Shown here piece by piece: positions 1 to 13,883 of a DNA stretch of 64,000 nucleotides. The notes under the pieces are model-generated. The model ran no database searches, was not told the origin of the DNA, and saw only the letters and a program-made list of their open reading frames with translations. The stretch is from Phoronis australis (Eukaryota; Animalia; Phoronida): positions 1-64,000 of the forward strand of contig NMRA01000102.1 in assembly GCA_002633005.1 (NCBI GenBank), given 5' to 3'. A program made the position numbers and the translations under genes. The number at the start of each line of letters is the position of its first letter. Positions within the stretch are counted from its first letter, which is position 1.

Positions 1-1244
1 GAGGAAATTGCAAAGTAAAACAACTGTAAATCAAAATACATGTAACCTACATTTGTCGAGTTCATGTCTAACCCTGGCTGTTCACTGTGGAGGACATAAT
101 CGGCTTTTTACAAAATGGAGCCATGTATGATATTTAGGGGTACTATAGCCCTAAGTGATCAGTAATAAAACGTTCAAAATATTCAGGAGGAACTAACTTG
201 TTGCAAAATATCGAAAAACATGAAGGACAATCGGATTTTACGGTGCTCACGCATCGATTTCAGTTATATGAAAATTTCTCATTTTAGTACATTTGAGGTG
301 CCAAAATATATAACTAATAAACTGGCTGACAAAGTTTTTACTTTATGAAATGAAAGTAACATGTTTTATCAACATTTTGGCTAAGTTTCATTTTCATAAC
401 AGTGGGGGCAGATTTGGTACAGCAGTGTACTGAACACAACCTCAAAATGGCATAACGGGGGGGAGTGTAGTAAAACTACTAAATGATGGTGGTAAATCGG
501 AATCGTGTTTCAAGACATCGGTGTAACAATCAACAGGCACCACTAAACAATGTCCAGTGAATAATAAATCAATAGCTTTCATTCAAGGAAAAATATGAAC
601 AGTTAAAACTGGACAGTTTTATACCGTGAAAACATGCCTGCGAAGCCGTAAAATGTGTTTGAGCCTATAACTTAAGAAAAACGCAATATTTTGAGGAAAT
701 ATTTTACCGCTGTTTATAGATCCCATAGGACTACCTATGTGCCAAATTTGGTGAAAATCGGCTGACCCCCACCTTGCCGCTCATGGCTGGTGCTCTCGTG
801 GACTAGTACTTAATAAGAAGGCACTGCAAATTCAGTTGACATTTTGAGTTAATGTTGAAAATAGCAAACACGACTGAGGCATGTANTGCCAAATTTGGTG
901 AAAATCGGCTGACCCCCACCTTGCCGCTCATGGCTGGTGCTCTCGTGGACTAGTACTTAACAACGGATCACTGCAACAATTTTAGTTTTTTTGCATTTGA
1001 CTGTATCTACCAAGTCACTGGTGGGTGGATTTAAAATTTGGAAGGTGTGTTTCTATCATGGAAATGGCACCACACATAAATTTTCGGACCTAGCCGACTA
1101 CTGCTGCACCACCTGGTGGCAGTCTTGAGTTACTTCACTTGTAAATGTTAACATGATTTTGTGAATGTTTAGAAAACAAATTTATTATTGGTAATTCTAA
1201 AGCTAGGTCATCAGCTGAGCGACAGAACTGGTGAAATTGTGGCG

Positions 1245-1912
1245 ACTGGCTTGTAGCTTAGTCGCCTTAGGTGACTGATTGACTTGTAGCTTAGTTGCCT
1301 CAGGTGACTGGGTGACTTGTAGCTTAGTCGCCTCAGGGGACTGGGTGACTTGTAGCTTAGTCGCCTTAGGTGACTGAGTGACTTGTAGCGTAGTCGCCTT
1401 AGGTGACTGAGTGACTTGTAGCTTAGTCGCCTCAGGTGACTGAGTGACTTGTAGCGTAGTCGCCTTAAGTGACTGAGTGACTTGTAGCTTAGTCGCCTCA
1501 GGTGACTGGGTGACTTGTAGCTTAGTCGCCTCAGGTGACTGGGTGACTTGTAGCGTAGTCGCCTCAGGTGTCTGGGTGACTTGTAGCTTAGTCGCCTCAG
1601 GTGACTGAGTGACTTGTAGCGTAGTCGCCTCAGGTGACTGAGTGACTTGTAGCTTAGTCACCTCAGGTGACTGAGTGACTTGTAGCGTAGTCGCCTCAGG
1701 TGACTGAGTGACTTGTAGCTTAGTCGCCTCAGGTGACTGAGTGACTTGTAGCTTAGTCGCCTCAGGTGACTGAGTGACTTGTAGCGTAGTCGCCTCAGGT
1801 GACTGAGTGACTTGTAGCTTAGTCACCTCAGGTGACTGGGTGACTTGTAGCTTAGTCGCCTCAGGTAACTGGGTGACTTGTAGCGTAGTCGCCTTAGGTG
1901 ACTGAGTGACTT
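1245..1912. repeat. 30-bp minisatellite, about 22 units
   Basis: (GGTGACTGAGTGACTTGTAGCTTAGTCGCCTCA-type) units, giving 10-aa periodicity in the ORF track. Confidence 0.95.
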
Positions 1913-3438
1913 CTAAGGTGTATCCTTGGTCTCCCTGACTTGGACTCATTTGTTTCTGTACAGGAGAAAAAGTCATCTGACCATGTTAGCATGTCAATCA
2001 TTAACATTAGCCATTCGATCTGCCAAGTGGTTTGAAGAATTGTTGGAAAATTTGATTAAGGTGTTTTTATTGGTAGAAACCTGGTGAACATTGATGTTTG
2101 AACATTCTTGATTACCTAGTAGCAGTTATTATAGTTTTTTGCATTTGCCTCATTATCTACCAAGTTTGATGAAGTATCTCGGCAGATAAGATTTTATCCA
2201 GGAGGGAACGGCACTTAATCGTTTTTGGACAGCTCTGATTTTACTATGCCCTCTAGTGGCAATTTTGGTGTCCAGCTCTCTATCTGCAAAGACCCTTTAA
2301 GAATTATCATGGGAAATGTGTTTTAAGTAAAGTGAGTATAAGTGGTATTGATTAATTGATGGATCTTACTGATGCAGTGCCCTCTAGTGTAAACTTTAAC
2401 TTTACTTTAATTTTTTTTGATTACATTGTTGTCAATCTTTGGGTGACTAGCACTTTACTCCGTAGACAATTGTAAATTCTTTAGTGTTGCCCACTCTTGT
2501 GTTTGCAATTGTTCTAGAAAATGAGCATTCTTTATTTCTTTGCCATTTGTGATGCACACGTTGGGAGCACATCAACCCCTTCATATGTCACTCCCGTTTT
2601 ATTCTGACCTTCGTTCACAGAGTCTGTCTCCTACACTACCGAGCCTCTCCCCGACGTCAACGACTATTTCAGCGTGTTCGTGTCGGCTGTTAGTTCACCA
2701 GGTGTATTCTGGGTACAGTTGCTACGTACACAAAACTTGCAGCTGGACCCTCTTGTTCAATGCATGACGAGCCACTATAGTGCCGAGTCACAGAGTCCTC
2801 CCCTACAGGTACTGGCACTTCTTTGTACTATATAGCACTTTGTGTCTCTGTCTACACACTTAATTATTCTGGTACAACTGTCATGTTTGACCAATTGGAG
2901 CGTGGGGGCGGGTGCTGCGACATGACTTCTTGAGTTCAAAAGTACTTCATGAAGGCGTACACGACAATCAGTGTTTGACGGTGGTCAAAAAGCCGTTTTT
3001 GGCGTCCGCCCCTCTATCAACCAAACCACTTTAAGGATGATTGTGAAAATTGGCATATATGTTCTTAGTGTGAAGAAGACGGTTGACGATGATTTTCCGA
3101 CTTCAACTACTGTGGTGCTTCCTAGTGGCAGTTTTTTTGCGCCTATAGCTGTTGTAGTAGTAGTAATATTTATTTATTATAGTGACAAGTGCAATTAAAT
3201 CAAACAGTTATAGGTATAACATTGGTAAGAAAGATAAGTACCCAGCCCAGTTGGGCTTATTAGTTACTTTACCCCCACAACTCAGATGGAGGCCTACCAT
3301 AAATGCGTCAGTTTCTAAGTTCGAAAGCAGACTTGATATATTTGGCAAATTGCCTAGGAAAATACTGAAATAGCAGTTTTAACGTATCTAATCTACTGAA
3401 ATCTGCAAAGTTCGGGATTTGAAGTAAAACATTATTAA

Positions 3439-4375
3439 CCCTTATCCTGCTAAGCCTCTATTCAGACAACTTTCCCTGTGTGTTGAGCTAACTAGGTCAC
3501 CACTGCTTCTGTGGACTGGGCTGTTACGAAGATTACTCAAATTAATGATCTAACATTTTTAATTGGAAATTTGAAGGGGTAATTTCAACTTCACATAAAA
3601 GTAGCCTGCACAAAAGTTGTTCAGAATTTAATGGAGATTTTCACCATATACATATCTTTACCATAGCCTTGGTGTAAATAATTCAATAAACTTTCAAACT
3701 GGACACCCTTTGTTTTTATCTGTTTTCGCACATGAGAACATTATAGCTGACACTCAAAAACCGTAATAAGCATTTTAAAAGGGAATTCATGGGACTTGCA
3801 TGTTTAATAAAGCAGATTTATTATCTGTAACATCACATCTACAAACAAGAATGTACAGTATATAACATACCTCAACTTTGCACGATTACAAATTTATGAC
3901 TGGTGCAGTCGCTTGCTAAAGTCTGTTTTGAAGTTCACCTTGGTGTGCAAAAACTTGAAACACGGGTGGGGACACAAAGGTATTCTGTGAAAAAGTCACA
4001 AAAATATCTAGTTCTGAATGAGTTCCATCATGTTTCAGAGGCTCTGTGTTATGCGTGAAGGGCGTGAGCCAAGCATCATCGTAGGCCCGTCCAAGTACAG
4101 CTTCAGGGACCGGTAACTCCTCCAAATTGCACTGAGATCCAAATCAATAGAATCTGCATTACTTGTGACTGTTGTATTAGTTTCCCAGTTACTGTCACTG
4201 TCACTTTCAAATGCCAATTCCAGCTCGTTTTCACTATCTGAGTCCATGAACACTTCCTCAAGAAACTGGTCAATAGTCATCTTACCACGTTTGGCACTAG
4301 CCAAGATAAAACTTGCGTAAACTTTCAAATATGTCGGCAACAACTCACAACAGATTGCATGCCAGATATGTTAAA
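3439..4375 (-). mobile_element. piggyBac-like remnant
   Basis: TTAA|CCCTTATCCTGC terminus. Acidic N-terminal-like frame MTIDQFLEEVFMDSDSENE and WLTPF...LDIF. The other end is not resolved. Confidence 0.5.
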
Positions 4376-5167
4376 CAAATTTTTATTTCCTAAACCCAGG
4401 GCAGGATCTTTACTAAATTTAGCAAGTGTATTTATATGAAGTTGACAATTGACGACTTTCAGACGAATCCGACGAACTCTGTGTTCCCTAATGGCAACTT
4501 CATTTTTTCCATTTTTCTCTGTTTCTCTGAAGTTTCTTGATGTTTTTTTATGAAATTTAATGAATAGCTTTCTATTAAAATACAATTACATGTTCATGTT
4601 TTAGGATGGATTCGATGTATTTTGTGCCATCTAGTGTCCAATTTTATGATGCAAATATTCACCCCTAGAAGCACACCGTTTGCGGTGCATTCGTGGGCGC
4701 ATTTCAATGCTCAACAAATAAAACACTGGAGACGTTGACACCTGAAGAACTCGACAGCTACCTTTGAAAGAGAAACAGTGCTGAGTATCAGCCAGACATT
4801 GACTAGCTTCCAACGTTCAATCGAATGGTACTTAAACAATAAAGCCAGATGTTTTCTCTTGCTGACAGGGCTTTTTGAGATTAAAGGCAGTTCTGGCAGT
4901 GAAACACTAGCAACTCAAACAGTGCAGCAAGGGAACCAGGCCAAATCAATCAGCAATGTTGACAGTGGGTGAAGAAGCTGTACTTTGTCAAACTAAAGTC
5001 ATCGACATGCATGGTCCAGGTCCACTCTTAAACCTAGTGTAGATCATTAATATCAAAATATTGGGTTTTTGAGGTTGCCATGAAAATCGCCAACTGCAGT
5101 GGTGTAATATCTGCCTAAAGAGCTTCACAGAAAATGGAGAATATCTAGAATTCAAAGAAAGAATAAT

Positions 5168-5556
5168 GAAGACTAAAGTTGACAGCACGATTGTAACGAA
5201 GACTAAAGTCGACAGCACGATTGTAACGAAGACTAAAGTCGACAGCACGATTGTAACGAAGACTAAAGTAGACAGCACAATTGTAACGAAGACTAAAGTC
5301 GACAGCACAATTATAACGAAGACTAAAGTCGACAGCACGATTGTAACGAAGACTAAAGTCGACAGCACAATTATAACGAAGACTAAAGTAGACAGCACGA
5401 TTGTAACGAAGACTAAAGTCGACAGCACAATTATAACGAAGACTAAAGTCGACTGCACGATTGTAACGAAGACTAAAGTCGACAGCACAATAATAACGAA
5501 GACTAAAGTCGACTGCACGATTGTAACGAAGACTAAAGTCGACAGCACAATTGTAA
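5168..5556. repeat. 30-bp minisatellite, about 13 units
   Basis: GAAGACTAAAGTCGACAGCACGATTGTAAC. Confidence 0.95.
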
Positions 5557-6800
5557 GGCCATTTGCTCAGAAACAGTTTGCCATGCCTATGAATCTCGAG
5601 ACGTCCCCGATTCTAGCATACAAAATATACCGAGACTAATGACGTACGACTATGATGAATGACACTTCACTGTTTTATATCAAGTCAAACAACAGAAAGC
5701 CTGACTCAAAGTAGTTTGTGGCACAGACCCCGGCATAAATACTCTCAACTAAATGTTCCCAAACATGTGCAAGGCAACAGGCATAAAGGGCAAAAAAATT
5801 AACCATATTGTAAGTCAACGTGCAATCATTTCCTGAAGTTGGGTTTTCATCCCAATTCTGTTTTTCAACTCACCTGCCACAGAAACATCCGATCATTCAA
5901 CAGCTACAGACATTTTGACCTCTGTGAGCAACAAGTCATAAGTAATTCTCCGACGTCCACACGAACTAGTTATAGGGAGTCCTTTACTGTCTTCCTTTAA
6001 TGCACTAACTCCAAGTTCTGCTGTTGTGAGCCTGAGTGCGACTGCGAGTAGGAATGGGTCGACTTCAAGCCAACAAAATATCCACTTAAGCACGATCACG
6101 TTGAAAATCCCACTGTTATTTGCGGGTGCAGTGGTCCACGGTGGTACAATAAACATCAGTATTGGACCGGATACACTGATATAGAATCTGATTCATACAG
6201 GTTCATTTATTAAATATGACTAATTATGAATATTTCAGCTGGTGGTACACTACTCAAAATATTGAAAGTCAGCCATAGAAAGCACGCCTTGATCCAGCAG
6301 TGTCAACTCACCGCTCTCAACTGTGAACGATCTGTATTGAACTGTTGACCTATTTAATTTATTCATTTGTGCAGCCAGTCTTGGCCATTTGTCAGTTAAT
6401 TTGTTTTTTTCATGTTAAATCCGTGTGTTTATAAGTTTATAATTGCTGCTATTTTACATGAAATAAACACACACACTTTAAGAGTTCAAATTTTTTTGCA
6501 ATTCTGCAACAACGTATAAACAGATGTTGCTGCGTAGCCTTCTGAAGATTCGTGTAAATGCGCGTCTTAAAAATAGTTCTCACAATATGTTTAATAAATA
6601 TGTTATACAACACGTGTCTCTCTACTGTGCATGACCACTTAATGGAACATCACGCTTCTTATCGTAATTTACATCGAAACCAATGGTTTGACATCAAGCT
6701 CTACTGAATGTAGTTGTCCCTAAATTACAGCTTTTATCTAGCATTACTTGTTAATACTGAATGAGAGCTGATATTGACCTTGAATTTGATTTCGTCACAG

Positions 6801-6961
6801 GCAGTAGAGGTGGGTGACATCGTCGCGGCAACATTTCCTCATGATGACCTATGGTACAGGGCACGTATCACTCAAGTCTTGCCTGATGACATGATTGATC
6901 TTTACTATGTAGATTATGGTGATAGCGACCTGGTGCCTCAAAACCAGCTACGTGAGTTAAG
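6801..6961 (+). CDS. TDRKH: TDRKH/Papi-like gene, internal exon (Tudor core)
   Basis: cacag| acceptor, AG|gtaggg donor. Encodes AVEVGDIVAATFPHDDLWYRARITQVLPDDMIDLYYVDYGDSDLVPQNQLRELR, with Tudor WYRA and YVDYGD motifs. Upstream exons (TM/KH) not found in the window. Confidence 0.9.
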
Positions 6962-7676
6962 GTAGGGCAAGCTTGATTCCAGTTTGTTTAAGGTTATGCA
7001 TGACCTTATCCACAATGCATTCAGTTGGATATCTACAAAATTATAGATTTTATCCTGTGAAAGCTTAATATAATATGTTTTGTGAGGGTATCTAGAAATC
7101 CTGTCGAATTCGATATTTGACTTGATACCAATTTACCATTAATTATGTCTTTATAGCAAATTAACTGTATTAGTTACATTGTCCAAATTTCATTTATTAC
7201 TGTTATCTAAGTTATAATTTTGTATTTTACATTTTAAGCAACTTTTTTACAAAAGTCCTATTTTTGATAGTTGAACATTTTAAAACAATTCCCAACATCG
7301 TTTTGGAAAACACTTGATAAACCATAGTTTGTGAAGGTTTCAAATGAATCTTATTGGCTAAATTTGGACACTGTTCTTGGGGACAACATACCCTTAATTC
7401 AAATTAGACATATCTGTATTGAGAAGTTGTGATATGAAGCAACGTCCAGTTAAGAGTTGAAATAATTGAAAAACGTTAATGCTGATGATTTTTAACCTGT
7501 GAATGTCAAGTGAACATTCTTGCTAGGATTTGGTGGTATGCCCTTTGGTAGGTCTACAATCCAACTTTGGACAGTTGGATTCTTGCATACTCTGGGTAGT
7601 TTATGGTGTTGATGTTGAAAATATGTGTCACTGCCTCTTCTATTCCTCTTCCTGTTTATTCACCACAAATTTTGGC

Positions 7677-7827
7677 TGGAGTGGCTTGTGCCAATGCATT
7701 TCTACCTTCCAGCAGTCAAAGTGGAGTGGCTTGTGCCAATGCATTTCCACCTTCCAGCAGTCAAAGTGGAGTGGCTTGTGCCAATGCATTTCCACCTTCC
7801 AGCAGTCAAAGTGGAGTGGCTTGTGCC
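7677..7827. repeat. 45-bp tandem repeat, about 3.3 units
   Basis: TGGAGTGGCTTGTGCCAATGCATTTCCACCTTCCAGCAGTCAAAG; truncated by the TIR element at 7830. Confidence 0.9.
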
Positions 7828-7829
7828 TA

Positions 7830-9968
7830 TGGTGTTTTCTCTAATAGTTCGTACACTCTATTAGTTTGTACACGGCCCTTGAGACATGGCATTTGTCTCT
7901 AATAGTTTGTACAGTAGGCGTCCGAGGGAAAAATAGTTCATACACATATGTGCATCGAAAAAATAGTTCATACAAGCTTTTTGGATCAGTAAAGTGGAAA
8001 TTTTCATTCTTATAAAAGAACACAAGTCAATAAGCGCCAATTCTATTCAGGTAATCAGAATACGTTACTTGCTTTACTATGCTAGCATAGGGCTTGAAAA
8101 AATCGTTTTTCAGATTGCCATTTTTGGCGACAGAAGACGTGGAAATAGCGGTAAGATTTTCCAGTGTGTTGCCAAATGGCAGTAAAAGTGTCATAACAGC
8201 GGATTTTCCCAACAAAGGTTCTCTTACCCTCAAATTAGTCCTACACAAATAAATTTACATAAGTGCGGAGTAACAGTATCGTGCCGTCGTGTAGTCTTGT
8301 TAGAGCTGATTGCAGTGACTTTAGTGCACAGATGACAAGTGACTATACAGTGCTCCAGTTTGATTGCAACTATTCTCACGAGTGCAAGCATGCAATCTTC
8401 ATACATCATATAGATTAAATTTATGGTTACAATAGTCATATGACACGAGTAGTACTGTGCCCGTATTAGCTGTAAAGTTCTGAGTGCAGAGAGCAATTAA
8501 TTAGTTGTTTGATGACCTAATGAATTGTATCACGGACTGAGGAACAACTGTCCCACTTGCCCGAGTGTCCCGCGACACACTCCCACTGGATGGTGACCTG
8601 AGCATACAAATTACTTACATCCTGCCGTGTGACTCCCTCGCTACACACCTAGCACCTTCTAAATAGCTCCAATACTTTAGACAAGTCCACAATAAACTTA
8701 TCAAAGTATGGCTCACCGGTCTGTTCATTGAACGACGAACTGTCCTCTTCACTCGGTGTCTAACTGTACCTATATTCACTACCACTACTCAACATCGCAG
8801 CAGGACTGCTTACGGGCTCTGGGCGATAATGAGTACATCCCGGTACGCAGCAACAGTGTGGCATGTTGACTGACTCGTAAACAAAAGGAAGCGACGACCG
8901 AACTTATCACAACCGAGGTAGAATAATGACTGACTCGACAGCTCTCACAGTCGAACTATATGCAAAGGAATTGGCGCAAAATTCTTGCCTCCCAAATGTC
9001 AATTGAGTAGTAGAGGATGTGTAATTAACCAAATTGTGAAAAGCTGTAATTAACTGAAAAATATGTCCGGGATAATCAATGAACCTTATTTTTGCTAAAA
9101 ATGATGTGCAATAAGGTTGCCTTCCTCTTTAAGTTTTCAGAATTTTCAATTAAATGCTAGTGCACACAACATTCCTTTTCATAAGTTCAGGTCAACCCTG
9201 AGTAACTTCATGCTTGTGCGTACAGTTATCAATTTCTAAAGAACCGACTGACGACAGTTTGACTGACAATAAGCGAAAAACAAAACTTGACTTTTCTTCA
9301 AGATGATTCACAAACATTTGAATTCTGAAATTGAGAGGCATAGCTTAGCAGCAGATTAACCCAGTGAGGCACACTGTCCCTTCAGTCACCACACATCCTC
9401 CACCGGCAGTACTGCAATTATAATACATTTCCAGAAAACTAGGAAGTTGGAGGAATTTCATCAAAACAGGGAGAATTTGACAGCTGTCGGTGAGATATGA
9501 AAAAATTGTTCAAAATCCTTGAGCTTCCCACCTAAATCGAATTGGGAGGGTTAGCAAAACCACCGGCACATTTCTCAAGCCTGATTTTTCGAATACATGT
9601 TTTCTCTAAGTGCGGCAGACGACATCGCTGAAAGCGGAGGTACAGGAGCCGGCATGGTTTTCAAAGTTTGTGAACACGGGAAGAAAGTAAAGCGATGAAG
9701 TTTTCAAGTATTATATTGTGAAGTATATCCATCACAGGGGAAACCAATTTGTTACTTGTTGTATTATAATTCACATTGCCAAACCACCGTCTTGGAGGCT
9801 GTCGTTGTACTTATTCTTATAATGCATCTTTGTCTCTAATAATTCGAACTCTTGACTTTCTTCTCTAATTGTTCGTACTGCCAGTTTTGTCGCTATTAAT
9901 TCTTACATGAAGCTCTCAAGGGAAAAATAGTTCGTACACTGATGTATGAACTATTAGAGAAAACGCCG
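7830..9968. mobile_element. TA-flanked TIR element with nested insertions
   Basis: TA|TGGTGTTTTCTCTAATAGTTCGTACA ... TGTATGAACTATTAGAGAAAACGCCG|TA, with repeated subterminal AATAGTTCRTACAC. Internal AGGGCTTGAAAAA (about 8089) ... TTTCTCAAGCCTG (about 9583) suggests a second element. Confidence 0.7.
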
Positions 9969-10225
9969 TATTCAATGCATGTTACCTGTGATGTCATCAA
10001 ATGTTTACAAGCTGACTGCTGTCCCACAATGCATTTAGAAAAACACAGCAGGGATTTTGATGAAATCCCCTGAATTCCTAAAGGAATTTTAGTATGAGGA
10101 AGCCATATTTTTGCTCAACTCTATGTGAGATTTGCTAAAATCTATTCAGTATTTTAAAGGATTTGATGAATTTTAGTGATTTTTTGTAGTCACAGTGTTA
10201 ATAATTTCTCAAAATTTTACTACAG

Positions 10226-10290
10226 ATCGGATTTTCTTGCTCTACCCTTTCAAGCTATAGAGTGTCACTTGGCAGGTGTAAAACCTATAG
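10226..10290 (+). CDS. TDRKH: TDRKH-like exon (extended Tudor)
   Basis: tacag| ... |gtaagg. Phase 2 in, phase 1 out, matching neighbours. (R)SDFLALPFQAIECHLAGVKPI(G) resembles TDRKH RSDFLSLPFQAIECSLA. Confidence 0.9.
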
Positions 10291-10385
10291 GTAAGGCAGT
10301 CACTTGGCAGGTGTAAAACCTACAGCTAAGGCATGCAGTGTGACACGTTAAAAGGCTAGAGTGATCACAGATTTTGCTTCTATTT

Positions 10386-10586
10386 CTTGTATTGCTTGTA
10401 TTGCGTGGCGATATTTTGCTTGTATTGCTTGACCATATTTTGCTTGTATTGCTTGGCGATATTTTGCTTGTATTGCTTGACCATATTTTGCTGGTATTGC
10501 TTGGCGATATTTTGCTTGTAGTGCTTGGCCATATTTTGCTTGTATTGCTTGGCGATATTTTGCTTGTATTGCTTGGCGATATTTTG
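10386..10586. repeat. 24-bp minisatellite
   Basis: CTTGTATTGCTTGGCGATATTTTG, about 8 units. Confidence 0.9.
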
Positions 10587-11137
10587 TGAATACTTGCATC
10601 ATCTTTTAGAGTTTTTGCCTTGAGTAGCACCGTCTTAAACAGTTGAGTGGATTAACTATTTTGAAATCCCTTTCAAGTTTTCAAATACCTCTTTTCATGG
10701 TCAACATTGTTTAACTCAAATATGTCTATACTTACATTCTACATTAGTTATTGAAAAACACTTCATAATGACTTTTTGACATGGTTGCTGTAACTTGCCC
10801 ATGTATTTTGTGACAGATGGTTCATAGCAAAAGTCAATTGGTGAACAAAAGTATTGAAGTTGTTATTTTTTGTCTTATTTTTGAAATTCTAATGTCCATT
10901 TGATCCATTCAGTTAGTCCTGGACATTCAAGCGATCATGTCACGAAATCTGCACATGACCGTTTGACGAGTACTGCACATTCAGATAACTGTTTGATCAA
11001 TACTGGACATTCAGATGACCAAATGCCATGCATTCAAATGACCATAGTTTGACTCATGCTGACCATTCAACTAATACTGCATGCCCAGATGACCATTTGA
11101 TTTCAGTAAAATCTTATCAATTCAGGAAACAATGTAG

Positions 11138-11254
11138 CAGACAAGTGATATGTTATCTCACAGACAAGTGATATGTAAACTCACAGACAAATGATATGTT
11201 ATCTCTCAGACAAGTGATGTGTTATCTCACAGACAAGTGATATGTTATCTCACA
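11138..11254. repeat. Minisatellite, unit about 23 bp
   Basis: CAGACAAGTGATATGTTATCTCA, about 5 units. Confidence 0.9.
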
Positions 11255-11561
11255 GTTTTCATGTGATAAGTAGCTGCATAGTACTTTTTTACCATTTTCA
11301 AGTTCTGTACCTTAGCTACTATCAAACATTTATAAAATTGTAGGCCTTCTCAACAGTATTGGAATCCTTTTGAAAAATGAAACCAGGGTGATTCAGGCAA
11401 ATATTTTTGTTCAAATAATTGTCAAGATTTTATCGTATTTTGAATGTTAAAATGACCGTTTGACTAATGCTGAACATTTAGGTAGTCACTGACCCTCTGG
11501 ATAATAATCCATTTGGCCAGGTGACCACTTGACCAGTACTGCAGTCACTGATCAACATTAA

Positions 11562-13244
11562 AGGAGAATGCCACCCGATTTAATTAGTCATTTTGCCATC
11601 TTAATCGGTCTATATCCACATCGCCTCGCATACGGTTGACCTTACCTTGCCAAGAGGTGTCGCGTTAACCTGTGAGGAAGGTGAGAAACGACGCTAGCGA
11701 CGTCAGTGGTTCATATGCAGAGTGAATGCTGCTGTGTTGCGGTGCATCGTTCCCGCTTGTTCGAACTAAGCAGCTGCGAGGAAAGCGGGTATATCGTTTT
11801 TTTTTACTTCCTCGAGAGTCCGAAATGCTTAGGAAGTGGCTCATGGTAGTGAAGAATGAAATGTACGCTGTAAATAGCAAGTATGAGGCCGTGAAACATC
11901 TCCATGTCTGTGGCCTGCAGATGTCGACAGTGCCTGACGAATGCCGGCTTACCAAATAACTCCATACGTTCCGTTGTCTGAGCTTGTTCACGGCGCCTCT
12001 CTCGTATTTCTTCATCACTGTATCCTGTTCAAATTGATAGCCTGTAAAACTTAACGATCCACCTGCGAAGTCGGGACTGATGAGCTCTTGCTCGTCCTAA
12101 GTCGGGATTGCGAGTTGCCATGTTGGCGTTTATTACTGAGCGTTCTGTTTCAAAATGAATTATTCTCACCCTAACCAATACTTATATAAAACTGAAACAA
12201 AGTCTGTCTAATTAGATGCATTTATAATGCCTTTGGAGTGTTCGTGAGTGCAAATGATTTGAGAAGCCAGCAATGAATAAATCACTGTGTTACCAGCTTT
12301 AGGTGCAATAAAACTAATTGATGGGACACCGAGGCCGTGTGACTGCTAATTTAGTGTTTGCTGGCAGAAACTGTTGTGAAACAACTCGATTTCCATCCCA
12401 CGGCCAGGTGTTAGGGGAATCTTTATTTACATTTACATTACTCAAATAATGATTGTCAATGTACAACTTTTGCCCTGACGGTGCTGTGGCCAAAGCGGAA
12501 CCTGTACTCGCGGCCCCGACGAGTATGTAGATTTGCAGTTTCGTGGCTAATTCACCAACATAATCAGGTGCACATTACTTTGGCTCACTAGTATAGTATT
12601 TTCTTGACTGGAAGTTTGGTTTCCACTGAACTAACTTTGGCTGGTTTATGTTCGTGATGTCTGATCAGTTTTCGAGCCACTCACTGGCCGGGATAACGAG
12701 TCAATCCGGCCGGCCGCGACGGGCCTGATCGGGCTTCGAGCCACTGGCCACGATAACAAGCGTTTGTGTTTAGAACTCAAAAAATCACAAGTCTAAACAA
12801 CACAGATCTAGGTTCTCCTGTCTGTATCTCACGGAAAATACTTCGAAATTATCTCCGAACAGACCCCAAACTCCTGCTACAGACCTTATTGGCCTGCCAA
12901 ACTTTGTAGGCTACGGTGTGTAAATACCAATAAATCCGTAAGAGGGAAATAAAACAACACATTTTTATAAGAACTCGGTGTATTTTTAAGGATTTACATA
13001 GAAGTTTGATGATTTACCGGGTATTGGTGTTAAACGATGACTTCAAGCGATAAGCTGACACCAGTAACCCGTGTTGTGAACTGCTGAACAGACTGCGTGT
13101 GAAACTGATGACGTCACTGGATAATTTCAACACCTCCGTCTGCCGTCAGGTGTCAGGTAATGCAACCGTACGTGTCGTTATGGAGTAGAAATACTCGATC
13201 TAAATTGATACAAATTAGGTTGTTTTTTTGGGTGGCATGCTCCT
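11562..13244 (+). mobile_element. Kolobok-like non-autonomous DNA transposon with decayed THAP, copy 1
   Basis: TTAA on both sides (11558-61, 13245-48). TIR AGGAGAATGCCACCC / GGGTGGCATGCTCCT (14/15). Decayed THAP at about 11720-11960 (C-x4-C, FF.LP...W, VC). TTAA TSD, RR..YY ends and THAP together fit Kolobok. Confidence 0.8.
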
Positions 13245-13407
13245 TTAAACAATTAGTTGCCTACTGGATGCTCACTTCATTAGTGTTGGACATTCTGTTC
13301 ATGTGATTTCTGCTGACCATTTAAATTACCTTTTTACAAATACTGGAGATTCAAATGACTCCTACATGACAATCAGATACCTCTCTGACCACTAGTTCTC
13401 TGTCCAG

Positions 13408-13547
13408 GTGGTCAGTGGACTGAGTCGTCTATAGATTCCTTTGAAATGTTAACCCATGTGGCGCAATGGAAGGTGATCAACGCCAAGGTGGAGGGATACG
13501 ACGGGGACATCCCCAGAATGAGGCTGGTGGATACCAATAGCTTGCAA
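13408..13547 (+). CDS. TDRKH: TDRKH-like exon
   Basis: tccag| ... |gtaggt. GQWTESSIDSFEMLTHVAQWKVINAKVEGYDGDIPRMRLVDTNSLQ; the W..F..LTH.A.WK pattern is typical of TDRKH. Confidence 0.9.
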
Positions 13548-13822
13548 GTAGGTTGTCATGGTAACAGTGATAACAAACTTGTTTTGTCAGCGGATTCTTA
13601 CTCATGTTGGTTGGCAAAAGTGAGTGTTCGCGCACACTAGTTTTGAGGAAACATTACAACACAAAAGTTTGCTAATGGATAATTCTCTTATTGACGTTTT
13701 ATTTCCTTTTCTATTTTCAACAAAATGTTGAAGAAGTGAACACATGTGCACAAAATTCATCGTAACTTTTTAAAAAGTGGTCTTATTCATTTTTACTGAT
13801 ATGAATCTTAACTTATTTTTAG

Positions 13823-13883
13823 GATGTTAATATCAATGAGGAAATGGTTCAACAAGGTTTTGCTGTCGATGAAAGTGAAACAG
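13823..13883 (+). CDS. TDRKH: TDRKH-like exon
   Basis: ttttag| ... |gtatga. DVNINEEMVQQGFAVDESET, the end of the SN-like fold (INEE.V..GFA). Phase 0 in, phase 1 out. Confidence 0.85.

Noticed and set aside
740-960. 74-bp exact duplication (740-813 = 887-960)
   Set aside because: The second copy starts right after a single N (886); likely a scaffolding artefact.
1203-1976. 257-aa mucin-like ORF (LQVTQSPEAT)n on the minus strand
   Set aside because: It is a 30-bp minisatellite whose unit has no stop in that frame, and it is antisense within the presumed TDRKH intron. An acceptor-like tract near 1958-1972 exists, but no partner exon was found.
4988-5639. Repetitive ORFs on both strands (STLVFVTIVL / KTKVDSTIVT)
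   Set aside because: By-products of a 30-bp minisatellite.
8527-8855. Possible solo LTR (TG...CA with AATAAA); similar candidate at about 2548-2921
   Set aside because: No matching target-site duplication and no second copy in the window.
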